The notes below the pieces were generated by a model, which saw only the letters and a list, made by a program, of their open reading frames with translations, searched no databases and was not told the DNA's origin. Of a stretch of 64,000 nt of DNA, positions 26,219 through 39,940 are shown one piece after another. The position numbers and the translations under genes are program-made. Position 1 is the first letter of the stretch. The number at the start of each line of letters is the position of its first letter. Source of the DNA: Octopus vulgaris (Eukaryota); contig OX597824.1 in NCBI GenBank assembly GCA_951406725.2, positions 80,972,001-81,036,000 on the forward strand, given 5' to 3'.

Positions 26219-26886
26219 ACGACAGTTAATTTTATGGTGAAATGACGTGTGCTGTCTGTAATGTCGTATGTGATATATGTGTAGCGTTTAGCGTGTGTGA
26301 GATACTACAGTGGAGTGTGCGATTTAGTGTGGCGTGTACAACTTAGTGAAGCATGTGTGGTATAGTATGGTATGGCGTGCAATGTATTACTGAAGGGATG
26401 TAATGAAGTGTACGGTGGCGAACAACAAATAGCATTCATTTGCTAAAATGGTATTGAAATAATCAATGCTAATTACAAATAAACTAAACGAAACAAATTC
26501 GACAAAACCCCCCAAAAAAAGATTAAGGAAAATATAATAAAACCAAGAATAAAATACGATACAAGTATTTAATGACAGTTAAAAATTTCTTGACAAATTG
26601 ACTGACTAACAACAACCAAAATAACAACAATAACCCAACCATCCCTACCATCCGTCCCGTCCTCTCCGTGTGTTTTAACATGGTGGCTGCCTTTAACTGT
26701 TTCTTCTCCGCAGGAATCAATTTTCAGGCGGTGTTAATTGTAATATAATTGCTAATGGTACTGCCAACTTTTTTGCACATATTTGCATAATGATGTCTTC
26801 GCGGATTTTAAAGGACTAATGGAATTATACAAAAGGGACTAACTACATTGTCTGCCACATATACATTCGTGTGTGTGCAAACATAC

Positions 26887-26966
<80 letters not shown>

Positions 26967-27152
26967 TATATATATTATATATATATACATATATAAACAC
27001 ATATATATACACCTATATATATATATATGTACATATATATATTAACCTATATATATGAGTGTGTGGATGTATTTTGCATACATACATGTGTATATACATG
27101 TATGTTTGAATATATGTACATACATATGTGTGCATGTGCGTCTGTGGTTGTG

Positions 27153-27183
<31 letters not shown>

Positions 27184-27520
27184 GTATATGTATGTATATA
27201 TATATTTATATACATGTATACATATATATATGTATATAGATATGTATATATATATGAATATATATATATGTATATGTGAGTATATATATGTATATATGTG
27301 TGTGTTTGTATATATATGTACGTATGTGTGTGTATATATAATTGCGTGTGTGTGCGTGCGTGTATAATTGCATGTATGTGTACATAGTATATAATTGTGT
27401 AGTAACTGATGGAGTTCAGCAAAAGTTAATTGCGTTAAAACATTAATTTAACTGTTAATAAAGTTACTACTGCTACAGCTTCAACTACAGCTACCAATGC
27501 TACGGCTAACTCTACTTCTT

Positions 27521-27599
<79 letters not shown>

Positions 27600-27704
27600 A
27601 AACTCAGTCTTCGCGATATTTCGAAGGGACAACCTAAAGAGCTAGAAATTATAGAAAGCATTTTTGTCCAAAGCGTTAACGATTCTACAAGCCCACACCG
27701 GTTG

Positions 27705-27775
<71 letters not shown>

Positions 27776-27985
27776 TCAGACAAATACATAACAAAAACAC
27801 CAGGACTTACAAACACATATAACATACAGAAAATTGCACTACTAGGCACTGCACACATCCTACACAGAACACTTTCCATACAATAACCATCAGAGCATCA
27901 CAACAAATCACAGCACATACCCAAGGCACACAGAGCTGCGCTCGCTAGTGAAGTGAAAGCACGCTATAAATATAAAACTACTGAA
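27776..27985 (+). mobile_element. R4/Dong LINE extreme 3' end (second subfamily)
   Basis: Reads DKYITKTPGLTNTYNIQKIALLGTAHILHRTLSIQ* plus a short 3' UTR; (TAA)n on both sides. Confidence 0.85.
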
Positions 27986-28004
27986 TAGTAATAATAATAA
28001 TAAC

Positions 28005-28080
<76 letters not shown>

Positions 28081-28081
<1 letters not shown>

Positions 28082-29345
28082 GGGGAGGGAGGCCGTGGTC
28101 TTTTGCAACTGGCAATAACAATGAAGATTGCTACAATTGGCCTAGACACCTACCTGAAAAACTCTGAGGACTGGATGCTAAAACTTGTCTCAAAACATGA
28201 AAACAAGAAAGCATCATACTCAGTCACAAAACAGGCAAAGGAATATCTAAGTGAACTCCGAATACAACCAATTTCGGAATTAGAGATAGATATACAAGAA
28301 ACAAGCACAGAAAAAGCTAGGCGCATGAAAACCCGTGCCAAAACTGCGGCCTTAGATATTCTGAATAATAAATGGCAAGAAAAACCTCTCTATGGCAAAT
28401 ACCCAAAGAGAGCGAATAATGCAGATATCGACAAAGCCCTGACCCATCAATGGCTAATGGCCTCTGGCTTAAAATCTGAAACTGAGGGGTTTATCATAGC
28501 AGCTCAAGATCAATGCCTACCAACAAGAAACTACCAGGCCAACATATTAAAGATCAGAAGCAGTCCAACGTGTCGTGTATGCAAGCAACAAAATGAAACC
28601 ATTGACCATGTGGTCTCCAAGTGCAGTCTTCTAGCGCCTACAGATTATCTCAACAGGCACGATAGAGCTGCACAATATATTCACTGGGTAATCTGTAAAA
28701 ACCTGGATTTGCCCCATGAAAAAAACTGGTGGGAACACAAACCACCCCCAGTGCTTGAAAATGACCACATCTCACTCCTCTGGAACTTCACCATTCAAAC
28801 TGACAGGAAGATAGATGCAAATAGGCCAGACATCATATTGAAAAACTTCAAACAAAGAACATGCCTCCTCATTGATATGACTGTCCCAATCGATATAAAC
28901 GTATCTGTCAAGACCTACCAAAAACTGAGCAAATATAAAGATCTTGAAATAGAAATCAGCAAAATGTGGAAGCTGAAGACTAAAACAATACCTGTTGTCA
29001 TAGGTGCCCTGGGAATGATAGCAAAAGGGGCTGATAGCTACCTAACTCAGATACCAGGAAACCCAAAAATGGCAGAAGTTCAAAAGATAGTGCTCATGGG
29101 AACTGCTCATATCCTACGCAAAATACTCTCTATGTAATCTCAAGGTTTAAAACAAACATAATTTTCGGTTTAAAAAAAAAAAAAAAAAAAAAAACTTTTT
29201 TTTTTAGATTAGTACAACATCCCCACCCCCAAATATATGGCATGGCATAACAACAACATGAACTTCCAACCCTGTTGTCTCTTGAGGTCTCTGGGTGAGA
29301 CTTGGAGCCAACTTGTACAAATATAAAGCAAAAGTCAAACATAGA
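28081..29345 (+). mobile_element. 5'-truncated R4/Dong-clade non-LTR retrotransposon inserted in (TAA)n
   Basis: Begins at an EGGRGL motif, carries the ORF below and a ~200-bp 3' UTR; (TAA)n on both flanks. Confidence 0.93.
28103..29137 (+). CDS. C-terminal part of the R4/Dong ORF: post-RT region, CCHC zinc knuckle and restriction-like endonuclease (5'-truncated, no genuine start codon)
   Basis: Uninterrupted 344-aa frame with ETEGFIIAAQDQ, CRVC-x7-H-x4-C, RHD, RPD-x12-D and K..KY..L motifs. Confidence 0.9.
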   Translation: MQLAITMKIATIGLDTYLKNSEDWMLKLVSKHENKKASYSVTKQAKEYLSELRIQPISELEIDIQETSTEKARRMKTRAKTAALDILNNKWQEKPLYGKYPKRANNADIDKALTHQWLMASGLKSETEGFIIAAQDQCLPTRNYQANILKIRSSPTCRVCKQQNETIDHVVSKCSLLAPTDYLNRHDRAAQYIHWVICKNLDLPHEKNWWEHKPPPVLENDHISLLWNFTIQTDRKIDANRPDIILKNFKQRTCLLIDMTVPIDINVSVKTYQKLSKYKDLEIEISKMWKLKTKTIPVVIGALGMIAKGADSYLTQIPGNPKMAEVQKIVLMGTAHILRKILSM

Positions 29346-29414
29346 ATAATAATAATAATAATAATAATGATGATGATGATGATGATGTTAATAATAATAA
29401 TGATAATAATAATA

Positions 29415-29493
<79 letters not shown>

Positions 29494-29581
29494 TAATAAT
29501 GGTGATGATGATGATGATTATGATGATAACACATACAAAAACAACAATAATAATAATAACAACGAAGAATATGATGATAAT

Positions 29582-29912
29582 AGGCATAGGAGTGGTTTCA
29601 GGTTCAGTCCCTCTGCGTGGCACCTTGGGCAAGTGTCTTGCGAGTGGATTTGGTAGACGGAAACTGAAAGAAGCCCGTCGTATATATGTATATACATATG
29701 TATGTGTGTGTGTATGTTTGTGTGTCTCTGTTTGTCCCCTCCAACATGCTGGTGTGTTTAGGTCCCCGTCACTTAACGGTTCGGCAAAAGGGTCCGATAG
29801 AATAAGTAGTAGGCTTACAAAGAATAAGTCCTGGGGTCGATTTGCACGACTAAAGTCTGTGGTCCAGCATGGCCACAGTCAAATGACTGAAACAAGTAAG
29901 AGTAAAAAGAGT
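29582..29912 (+). mobile_element. SINE family A, internally deleted copy
   Basis: Head, CORE-like segment and tail recognisable. Confidence 0.85.
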
Positions 29913-29997
29913 ATAATGACGACCATGATAACCGCACTAGTTGCAGTAAAAATTACTATACTAGCAATTAGTTTTGTTATTATTATTTTCGTGTGAA

Positions 29998-30186
29998 TGC
30001 GGCGACCTGGCAGAATCGTTAGCTTGACGAAATGCCTATGTTCTGAGTTCAAATTCCACCGAGGTCGAATCTACCTTTCACATTTTCGGGGTCGATAAAA
30101 TAAGTACCAGTTGATCACTGGGATCGATGTAATTGACTTATCCCCTTCTCCAAAACTGCTGCCCTTGTGGCAAAAATTGAAACCAT
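29998..30186 (+). mobile_element. SINE family B variant
   Basis: GCGGCGACCTGGCAGAATCGTTAGC...GAGTTCAAATTCC...GGGTCGATAAAATAAGTACCAG. Confidence 0.8.
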
Positions 30187-30195
30187 TATTATTAT

Positions 30196-30750
30196 TGAGT
30201 GGGCGAGCAATGCGTGCCATCAAAGTGACACCGAGGTACAAATTACGAAGCCCAGTATACCCAACATGACTACCCGTCCGATAATGGTACACCAGGCACA
30301 TGCATCACAACCATATGTGTGCGACATGGTGACCTTATATCAAGATAAATACCGTATGACCTTGTAGATGGGGCCCAGTTAGAACTTCTCTGAGGTTGAG
30401 TAGCCCATTTCGCTCAAAAGGTCTCTGAATGAGGCTTGCTGGAGACTGATGTAGAAACCACGCATGTTTCCTGGGGTGAATTATTCAAACCTCAAGAAAT
30501 TCCTCTCACCGACTGGCTATGATGCTTCCTCACTACTTCTGCTCGTGATCAGAGATGCACATATCGTCAGCCACTAAGGGACATATTCCACTAGTTAAGG
30601 CCAAGCAACTGACAAACACATCTGTGATATTGAACAGAATATTTGCTGTGGTCCATCTTTTATGCCAAGACAAAACAATGTACATGATAATTCCAATCAG
30701 CCAACATCATAAGCCATGAGAGCCACTGCCTGATACTGCATCAGGGCATT
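30196..30750 (-). mobile_element. Family T element, full length
   Basis: Reverse complement of 25277-25821; (TTA)n flanks. Confidence 0.85.
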
Positions 30751-30768
30751 ATTATTATTATCATCATT

Positions 30769-30809
<41 letters not shown>

Positions 30810-30818
30810 TATTATTAT

Positions 30819-31375
30819 TGAGTGAGAGAGCAGTGCATGCCATCAAAGTGACACTGGGGTAAAATATACGAAGCCCAATATACCCATCATGACTACCCGT
30901 CTGATAAAGGTACACCAGGCACATGCATTACAACCATATGTGCGCGACATGGTGATCTCATATCAAGATAAACAGCACATGACCTTGCAGGTGGGGCCCA
31001 GTTAGAATTTTCTTCAGGTTGAGTAGCCCATCCCGCTCAAAAGTTCCCTGAATAAGGGTTGTTTAAGGATGTTGAAAGAACCACCCATGTTTCCAGAGGT
31101 GAATTATTCAAACCCCAAAGAATCCCTCTCAACACATGGTTATGATGCTCCCCCACTACTTCTGCTCGTGATCAGAGATGCACATATCGTCAGCCACTAA
31201 GGGACATGCTCAACTGGTTAAGGTCAAACAACTGACAAGCAAATCTGTGGTATTGAGCAGAATATTTGCTGTAGCCCATCTTTTATGCCAAGACAAAACA
31301 ATGTACATGATAACACTCCCAATCAGTTAAGATCAGAAGCCATGAGAGCTACTGCCTGGTACTGCATCAGGGCAT
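30819..31375 (-). mobile_element. Family T element, full length
   Basis: Reverse complement of 25277-25821; (TTA)n flanks. Confidence 0.85.
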
Positions 31376-31384
31376 GCGTACATG

Positions 31385-31458
<74 letters not shown>

Positions 31459-32062
31459 CCATCCATTTCCTCCGCTCGTTATTCCTGGGAGTGTCGTTGA
31501 ATGGAGGTGGTAGTTGATTCCTCAGGTACCACCTTCATAAGGTCTTATCAGAAGCAACTGTTACCGTACATTCTGGTTCGAGTCGCACGCGTGACCAACC
31601 GAGACTATGTATAGTATCCTACCACATCGCTCTTAATTTATCCTAAGGCCACCTGCCTGTTGGTTCAGCTTAAAGAATGTTATCCTGAAAAAGCTCCTAC
31701 ATAGCCAACAGCGGAAAACTTGGACAGACTAGAAGTGCACAAAGCCACAACACCGGATAAGTGGCACACGGGTTTCAAATCAGACGGTTAAAGGCTCCTG
31801 ACTGCAGCAAAGTATCAAAGTTTCCCCGCTTTCCTAAATACTACAAAAGAATATAATTAATCAGAATTCTGTAACTATAGAATATATATAGAAATGAGGG
31901 ACAAGCAATTCAATGTGGCTGTTCAGTCTGATCCAAGATAGACCATGTCAACAGTTATGACAGATTTGGGACTTACAAGCATCTGCAGTTATGCCAATAG
32001 TATGAAATACCAACAGAAAACCGATTGTGTAGAAATACAACGGGAAAGGGTTTTTCGACCAT

Positions 32063-32407
32063 TAGCCCATTTCGCTCAAAAGGTTTCTGAATGAGGCTTG
32101 TTGGAGACTGATGTAGAAAACACGCATGTTTCCTGAGGTGAATTATTCAAACCTCAAGAAATTCCTCTCACCGACTGGCTATGATGCTTCCTCACTACTT
32201 CTGCTCGTGATCAGAGATGCACATATCGTCAGCCACTAAGGGACATGCTCCACTAGTTAAGGCCAAGCAACTGACAAACACATCTGTGATATTGAACAGA
32301 ATATTTGCTGTGGTCCATCTTTTATGCCAAGACAAAACAATGTACATGATATTCCAATCAGCTAACATCATAAGCCATGAGAGCCACTGCCTGGTACTGC
32401 ATCAGGG

Positions 32408-32410
<3 letters not shown>
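32063..32410 (-). mobile_element. Family T element, 3'-truncated
   Basis: Near-identical to 30400-30750. Confidence 0.85.
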
Positions 32411-32477
<67 letters not shown>

Positions 32478-32479
<2 letters not shown>

Positions 32480-32905
32480 GCTTTGGGATGTGACAGTTGT
32501 AGAATAAGATTAACTGATTCGATGAACAAGAAAGGAAATGGTTTCTCAGTGACATATCGGTTCCAACAAATGATATCTCTGAAGGAAACAGAGATATTTG
32601 TTTCTTTACTACCCACAAGGGGCTAAACACAGAGAGGACAAACAAGGACATACAAACGCATTAAGTCGATTACATTGACCCCAGAGCGTAACTGGTACTT
32701 AATTTATCGATCCCGAAAGGATGAAAGGCAAAGTCGACCTCGGCGGAATTTGAACTCAGAACGTAACGGCAGATGAAATACGGCTACGCATTTCGCCCGG
32801 CGTGCTAACGTTTCTGCCAGCTCGCCGCCTTAGCTAAGTATAAAGATCTGGAAATGAAGATATCCTGAATGTGTGGGTGGGGGTTGGGCTGGAGGCTGAA
32901 AAAAG
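32478..32905 (+). pseudogene. Degenerate R4/Dong RLE fragment split by a family B SINE (32600-32831, minus strand)
   Basis: MLWDVTV...QERKWFLSDISVPT lies before the SINE and AKYKDLEMKIS after it, paralleling LLWNFTI...CLLIDMTVP...SKYKDLEIEIS in the 28103 ORF. Confidence 0.65.
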
Positions 32906-33643
32906 GACAGAATCCATATGATAATAATCATTGGACTTTGGTCACTCTGGGGCATTGCTTTGTCGGGGTTTAGTTGAATAAATCAGCTGCTGTACTTATT
33001 TTTTAAGTCTAGTATTTTATTTAGTCATTCGCGTTTGCTGAAGAGCTAAGTTATGAAAACATAAACAAAGCAACACCGGTTGTCAAGCATAGATACACGC
33101 ATACACATATGTACGACGTATATATATGTGTGTGTGTATGTTTGTGTGTCTGTGTCTGTCCCCCCACCATCGCTTGCAAACTGACGCTTGTGTGTTTACA
33201 TCCCCTTAACTTAGTGGTTCGGCAAAAAAAGACCGATAGAATAAGTACTAGGTTTACAAAGAATAAGTTCTGGGGTGGATTTATTCGACTAAAGGCGGTG
33301 ATCCAGCATGGCCGCTGTCAAATGACTGAAGCATATATAAGAATGAAAGAATATATACATGTATTCATCATACATACATACACACACACACACACGCATA
33401 CACACACAAATGCACACACTCATATACCCGTATGCTTCACCCATGAGTACAATGGCACTACAACTGCAGTACATGTCACTGAATATATATATATATATAT
33501 GTAACACACACACATATATATATGCACACATATCTATCTATTTATAAAAAGTATGTATACTTGTATCTATGTATACACACACATAACATGCATGTGAGTC
33601 TGAGTATATATCATATATACATATACATACATACATATATATA

Positions 33644-33681
<38 letters not shown>

Positions 33682-34379
33682 TATACACATATATATATAT
33701 GCACATATTTATTTATATGTGTGTATATGCATATACATACACACACATGTATATTTATATACATGTAAACACACATACACACATTCAATTTGTAAAGTGA
33801 TTTTTTTTTCTTTGAATGTATATATGCATTTTTAAATATGGCTGTTGAAAATTTGAATTAAAATTAAAATTAAAATGGTTTCAACGGAAGTCTTAGGAAA
33901 AACGGAATCGTTAATTGGAAAAACGCGCCATGAGAACAAAGTCTGCGAAATCCGGATTCTGCATCGCGTGCATCGTAGCAGAATGCTCGAAAATAATTGG
34001 GAAGCTTCACCGAATCACCAAAAGTGGTGGGAGTTTCGTTGTTGTTTTTGTTGTTGGTTTTTCGGTATAGAATCTAACAATTCCAAACTACAAATAAATA
34101 CATAACATATATATATATATATATATATATAATATCAGTGAAATAGAATAAATGTATAAAGAAATGAGAGATACAAAAATAAAATAAAATAAAATAAAAT
34201 AAAATTTCTATTCCCATTGTTTCTTCTCTTAGAGTTTTCTGGACAGAATTATAACAGAAATCGTATTTTGTCAATATTTTTTTCAATTTCTATAAAAGCT
34301 ATTCTCATTCACTTCAGTGTATTCCCCAAACAAACTGTATATATATCTTCCGTTCCTCCACTCTACATGATAGTCACAC

Positions 34380-34797
<418 letters not shown>

Positions 34798-35053
34798 AAC
34801 ATTGAGAGCAACTGACGATTAACTGAGATTACTATACGCATACATACACATGTGCGCGTATGTATATATGTATATATATGTATATATGTGCGTGTGTATG
34901 TGTGCGTGTGTATGTATATATGTATATATATGAATGTCTGTGTGTATATATATATATATGTATGTATACGTGAAAGTATGTATATATCTATATCTATATC
35001 TATAGATATCTGTCTTTCTCCTCTCCTCTTTTCTCCCCCCACTCTCTATACAT

Positions 35054-35109
<56 letters not shown>

Positions 35110-35408
35110 ATATGTATGTATATATACATATACGCATATACTTTTATACACACACAAACACATATTGACATCTTCACATAAGGTATCTCTTCACAGTAGC
35201 TGTCAATCTCACATATACCTTTCCATTGAACCTTTCTTCCCTGCGCTCCCTGTTTATCCCGTAAACTCCCCAACCTATCTTCCGAATTCGTCCCCTCTCC
35301 CACTAATTCCCTTTTCAGCTGAACAAACACATATGTTTGTGTTTACAATATTACACGCACAAACACACACAAAACTCTACATTTACGTATGTATGCACAT
35401 ATGCCTTC

Positions 35409-35525
<117 letters not shown>

Positions 35526-35529
35526 TAAA

Positions 35530-35579
<50 letters not shown>

Positions 35580-36096
35580 ATGAACTGGAGTGTGTCTATA
35601 TACGTTATATGACGTGCGTTGGTTGCTGTATACAAAAATGTGTATGTATGTATATACATCAGTTGAGCTAACTCCAATATTAAATTACGTAAATATTTCA
35701 TCAATATCGAAAGGACATTCACCCTTCGTCTAATGTGCACGCACCCCCCCCCACTCCTACATACACACTCGTTTTAAAGACAGGCTGGCAGGCAGGCAGG
35801 CACACACACACACACACATATATATTACTATGCATGTATACATACATATACATACATATATAGCGTAGTCCATACCTGAGGCTTCACATCGTCGCTATTT
35901 TGTGTTTGACATTCTGAAGGCAAACTCTGCTTATTCGCACGCACATATATCATATATACATGCCTGTGCATGCATATACATATATACATATCTATATACG
36001 TATGTATGTATGTATGTATGTATGTATGTATGTATCTATCTATCTCTATATATATATGTATAATTATATACATACATACATATCTTATCAATAAAG

Positions 36097-36141
<45 letters not shown>

Positions 36142-36488
36142 TTTATATACACACACATACACACACACACACATATATATATATGTATATTTATATATGT
36201 ATGCATATGTACATATATACTCACACGCGCAATGTATATACAAGTATATATACATAAACATATATGAACGCACATAAGTTTACGATTGTAACACCGTGTG
36301 CTGTGTTGCGCTGTGTGCGTGTGGGTATGTATTGTGTGTGTGTGTGCATGTGTGTGTGTGTATGTGTGTGTATGTGTGTTTATATGCCCTCGTGTATGTG
36401 TTTCAACAAAGTGTAGAATATCTCGGTGAGGTTTCAAGCCCTTTTAGCGCATTTAATAATTCAATTATTTTCTATTACATTCTTATTA

Positions 36489-36569
<81 letters not shown>

Positions 36570-37531
36570 CATCATCATTATTATTATTATTATTATTGTC
36601 ATTATTTTTATTTTTGTTAATTTTAAATATCCAGTGTATGCTAAACTGACGAACAGAAAAGAAAAAAAAATATATAAATGAAATTAAAGGGAGAATGGAA
36701 GATAGATAGGCAGGAAACAAGGACATTTCGCATTTATTCAAGTCTTAGCGTTTAGGAAATTAATATGTTTAGGCGCCCTCCTTCTGTTATGTACAAAGAC
36801 GAAGAATTTTGGCTTTTGGTAACAAGACACCTAATGATTGAAATATATTTGTTGAACGGAGGAAACACTTGAAGTAGATGAGATGACACAGCAGTCGAGT
36901 TTAGATCTGAGGAACTTGGAATTCAAGAGATTTGCGAAGTAATTAGATGGAAAATGATATGGAAGTCGTAGAATGAAACGTAATATATCTGTGAGAGACA
37001 AAGAAGGTGCCGCAACGTGGTTGTTCGGTTTGCTGGAAAAAAAAAAGTGGGGAGGAAAAAGAAAAGGAGACAATTGCCTTCAAATTACTGTTTATCGTCT
37101 CGGAAAACGAAAGATAAGTCTGAGATACGGATAACACTATTTTATTAGAAATAAGACAGGTTCGTCATGGCCAGAACCCTTTTGATCATAACAAGTCTGC
37201 ACGACATCGGCTTCCAACCAGTCTGTCAATTCATTATGCTTCCGTTGTTGAAATAGTGATTTATGTTTAGCCCTAGGTCAATTGTGACCGAATAGAATTA
37301 AGATAATTGATTTTACGGCACTGATTACTTCCTCATTTGTAAAGGTCTCTAAGACTATAAATAAGACTATAATAATGTGTCTATTTCCGAGGTTGATACA
37401 AAGGGCATTTGAGGGATATTTCACTGTTATTTCTACCAGACTAAACAACTTATATCGAGCCTTTTTCTCGCCCGATACTGTAACAAATCTATCGTCTTGA
37501 ATTGGTATTGTCTGTACTCAACCCCGAAAAA

Positions 37532-37923
37532 TCTCTCTATATATAAAGCTGAAGTTGTCTGTGTATGGCAGGTTTGGTAGCCTTCAACTAACACTATCTC
37601 ATCCGAGACCCTGCGGCGCAAGTTGACCAAAATTGAAAGTATGATAGAAGAAGGCTTGCTCTTCATTCCGTAGAAGAAAAAATTCAAATCGGGCCATGTT
37701 AACACGAAAAATTATTTACATCAAAAAGGTGCTCTTTTTCTATGGAAATCTCTATTTTTTTACGATTTTTTGACTGCTGTGTCGTCATTTTTCGGTGTAT
37801 TTCAAACAGAAAAATGTTCACTTAAAGAGAATAACATGCTGCATAATGAAAATTTTTTACTTTTCAAAAATTCCAATTCTAAAGGGTCGAAACAAACCGA
37901 GCAGCGCCGGACGATACTGCTAG
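37532..37923 (+). mobile_element. Non-autonomous Helitron
   Basis: A|TC start, hairpin CCGAGCAGCGCCGG, CTAG|T end; inserted in a decayed family B SINE. Confidence 0.88.
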
Positions 37924-38279
37924 TTGGTAGATAAAGTTGGGTTCAGCAGAATTCGAACCCCGTTCAACGAGTACCGGGATAACTATCGCTTGATAATTTC
38001 TAGCGGATATACTAACAATTCTGCCAGCTCATAAGATTAAAGCTGAGATATCCTACTTAATATCAAGTATTACATACTTACAACTTACTATAATATTAAG
38101 TATTGCATGCTTAATACGTAATTCAGTATTAAGTATTCTATGATTAACACTTAGTGCAATATTACATACTTATCATAGTCCATGGCATTGAAGACGCACA
38201 CTTTCTAATGTCTCAAAAACTTATGTCGGGTTCTACATTAGATGCTACGTTTAGATAACTTTAAGTATTACTTCAATGC

Positions 38280-38682
38280 GGATCTTTTCGGTTTGAACGG
38301 CAGCTTTTTTCTAGCGGTGTCATATGAAATTGTTACCCATAATTATGATCCTGGTATCGATCTATTGCATTTCAATCTATTTAGGGTTAGGAGGAAGGGT
38401 ATCTTTTTTTCTTCACAAATGTAAATAAACCCAATCTGTTTCTTAAACGAGGGACATATTCATAGGGCACAGAATGTTTTTTACCTCAATGGACGTCATT
38501 GATTGGTTGAAATTGCAGAAATTGAAGAAAAAACAACAAATATTTTACAAACCATAGAATTGTCTCAGTAAAGCCAAGAGAAAAAGATGTTTTATAAACA
38601 CATTCTACCAGTATACGGAGTTTAAATTTTTTTAGTTACCTAGAAATTATGTTAGAAACTGCCGTTCAAACCGAAAAGATCC
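38280..38682. mobile_element. MITE with long TIRs and 9-bp TSD (Mutator/MULE-like)
   Basis: TIR GGATCTTTTCGGTTTGAACGGCAG / CTGCCGTTCAAACCGAAAAGATCC; flanks CTTCAATGC (38271-38279) and TTTCAATGC (38683-38691). Confidence 0.85.
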
Positions 38683-38822
38683 TTTCAATGCATTAAAACT
38701 CTTCTGAATATGCGTTGCTGAACCAATGGGACTGACTCTCGTGTATCTGTTATGTCACTAAATTCGGTAGTGTTTAAATATTTTGTCTCATTAAATAATT
38801 CTTTGTCACCGATTGGTGACAG

Positions 38823-39100
38823 AGGAGGTGCAGTGGCCCAGTGGTTAGGGCAGCGGACTCGCGGTCGGAGGATCGCAGTTTTGATTCCCAGATCGAGCGT
38901 TGTGTGTGTTTATTGAGCGAAAACACATAAAAGCTCCACGAGGCTCCGGCAGGGGTTGGTGGCGATCCTTGTTGTAATCTTTCGCCACAACTTCCTCTCA
39001 CTCTCTCTTCTTGTTTCTTGAGTAACGCTGCGATGGACTGGTCGCAGAAACCGGGAAACTGGGCCCATGAGCCTGGCTAGGCTTGAAAAGGGCGAAAAAG
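38823..39100 (+). mobile_element. SINE with family C head and alternative tail
   Basis: Head as in 16623-17009; tail GAAACCGGGAAACTGGGCCCATGAGCCTGGCTAGGC. Confidence 0.85.
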
Positions 39101-39391
39101 AGGGAGAAGAGGATTGGTGACAGACTCACTATAGAATCATATAACTTGCCTTTACATTCTGAGTTCAAATCCCGCCGAGTGGGTAGTCACCTTTGCCTTT
39201 CATCTTCACAGAATCGATCAAATACAATCCTAGTCGAATACTGAGGTCGATATAATCGAATATTACATTTCACCAAATCTGAGACTTTATGTGTTTATAT
39301 TAAAAGTTAATATTAGCACAGTAGGAGTTTATTTTCTGACTATTCTAAGCCACCGTCTTCAATTATTCAATAAACTGCCCAACTTCATTTA

Positions 39392-39692
39392 TGGAGGCTC
39401 ATGGCCTAGTGGTTAGAGCAGCGGACTCACGGTCGAGGGATCGCAGGTTCGAATCTCAGACCGGGCGATGTGTATGTTTATGAGCGAAACACCTGAGCTC
39501 GACACGGCTCCGGCAGAAGGTAATGGCGACCTTCTACTGACGCTTTCGCTACAAATTTCTCTCACTCTTTCCTCCTGCATCTTGCAGCTCACCTGCAACG
39601 GACCTGTGTCCCGTCCAGGTGGTGAACCTATACGCCAAGGAAACCGGGAAACCGGCCCTTATGAGCCAGGCGTGGCTCGAGAAGGAACAAAC
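39392..39692 (+). mobile_element. SINE with family C-like head and alternative tail
   Basis: TGGCCTAGTGGTTAGAGC (A box), GGTTCGAATCTC (B box); tail GGAAACCGGGAAACCGGCCCTTATGAGCC. Confidence 0.85.
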
Positions 39693-39940
39693 AACAAAAT
39701 CAACTTTATTTAGACTCCCTCGAAAATACACGACCATACACACTGATAACAGAATTAATACTTCAGACATTTAATTAGATTATAATGATTACCTAACTAA
39801 TTAAAACAGTTTCCATTTTATATAAAATGTAAATGTTATCTAAGCCCCACCTCAATAGGAGCATCTAGGACGACATTGTTATATACATTTACCCCCTTTT
39901 TAAAGACAGTAGTGAGTGAATTGAGAACTATTCACCTACT

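Noticed and set aside
33945-33990. Hairpin ATTCTGC...GCAGAAT as a pre-miRNA
   Set aside because: The stem is far too short for a precursor.
38380-38392. TTAGGGTTAGG telomere-like words
   Set aside because: Only two units, internal to the MITE at 38280-38682.
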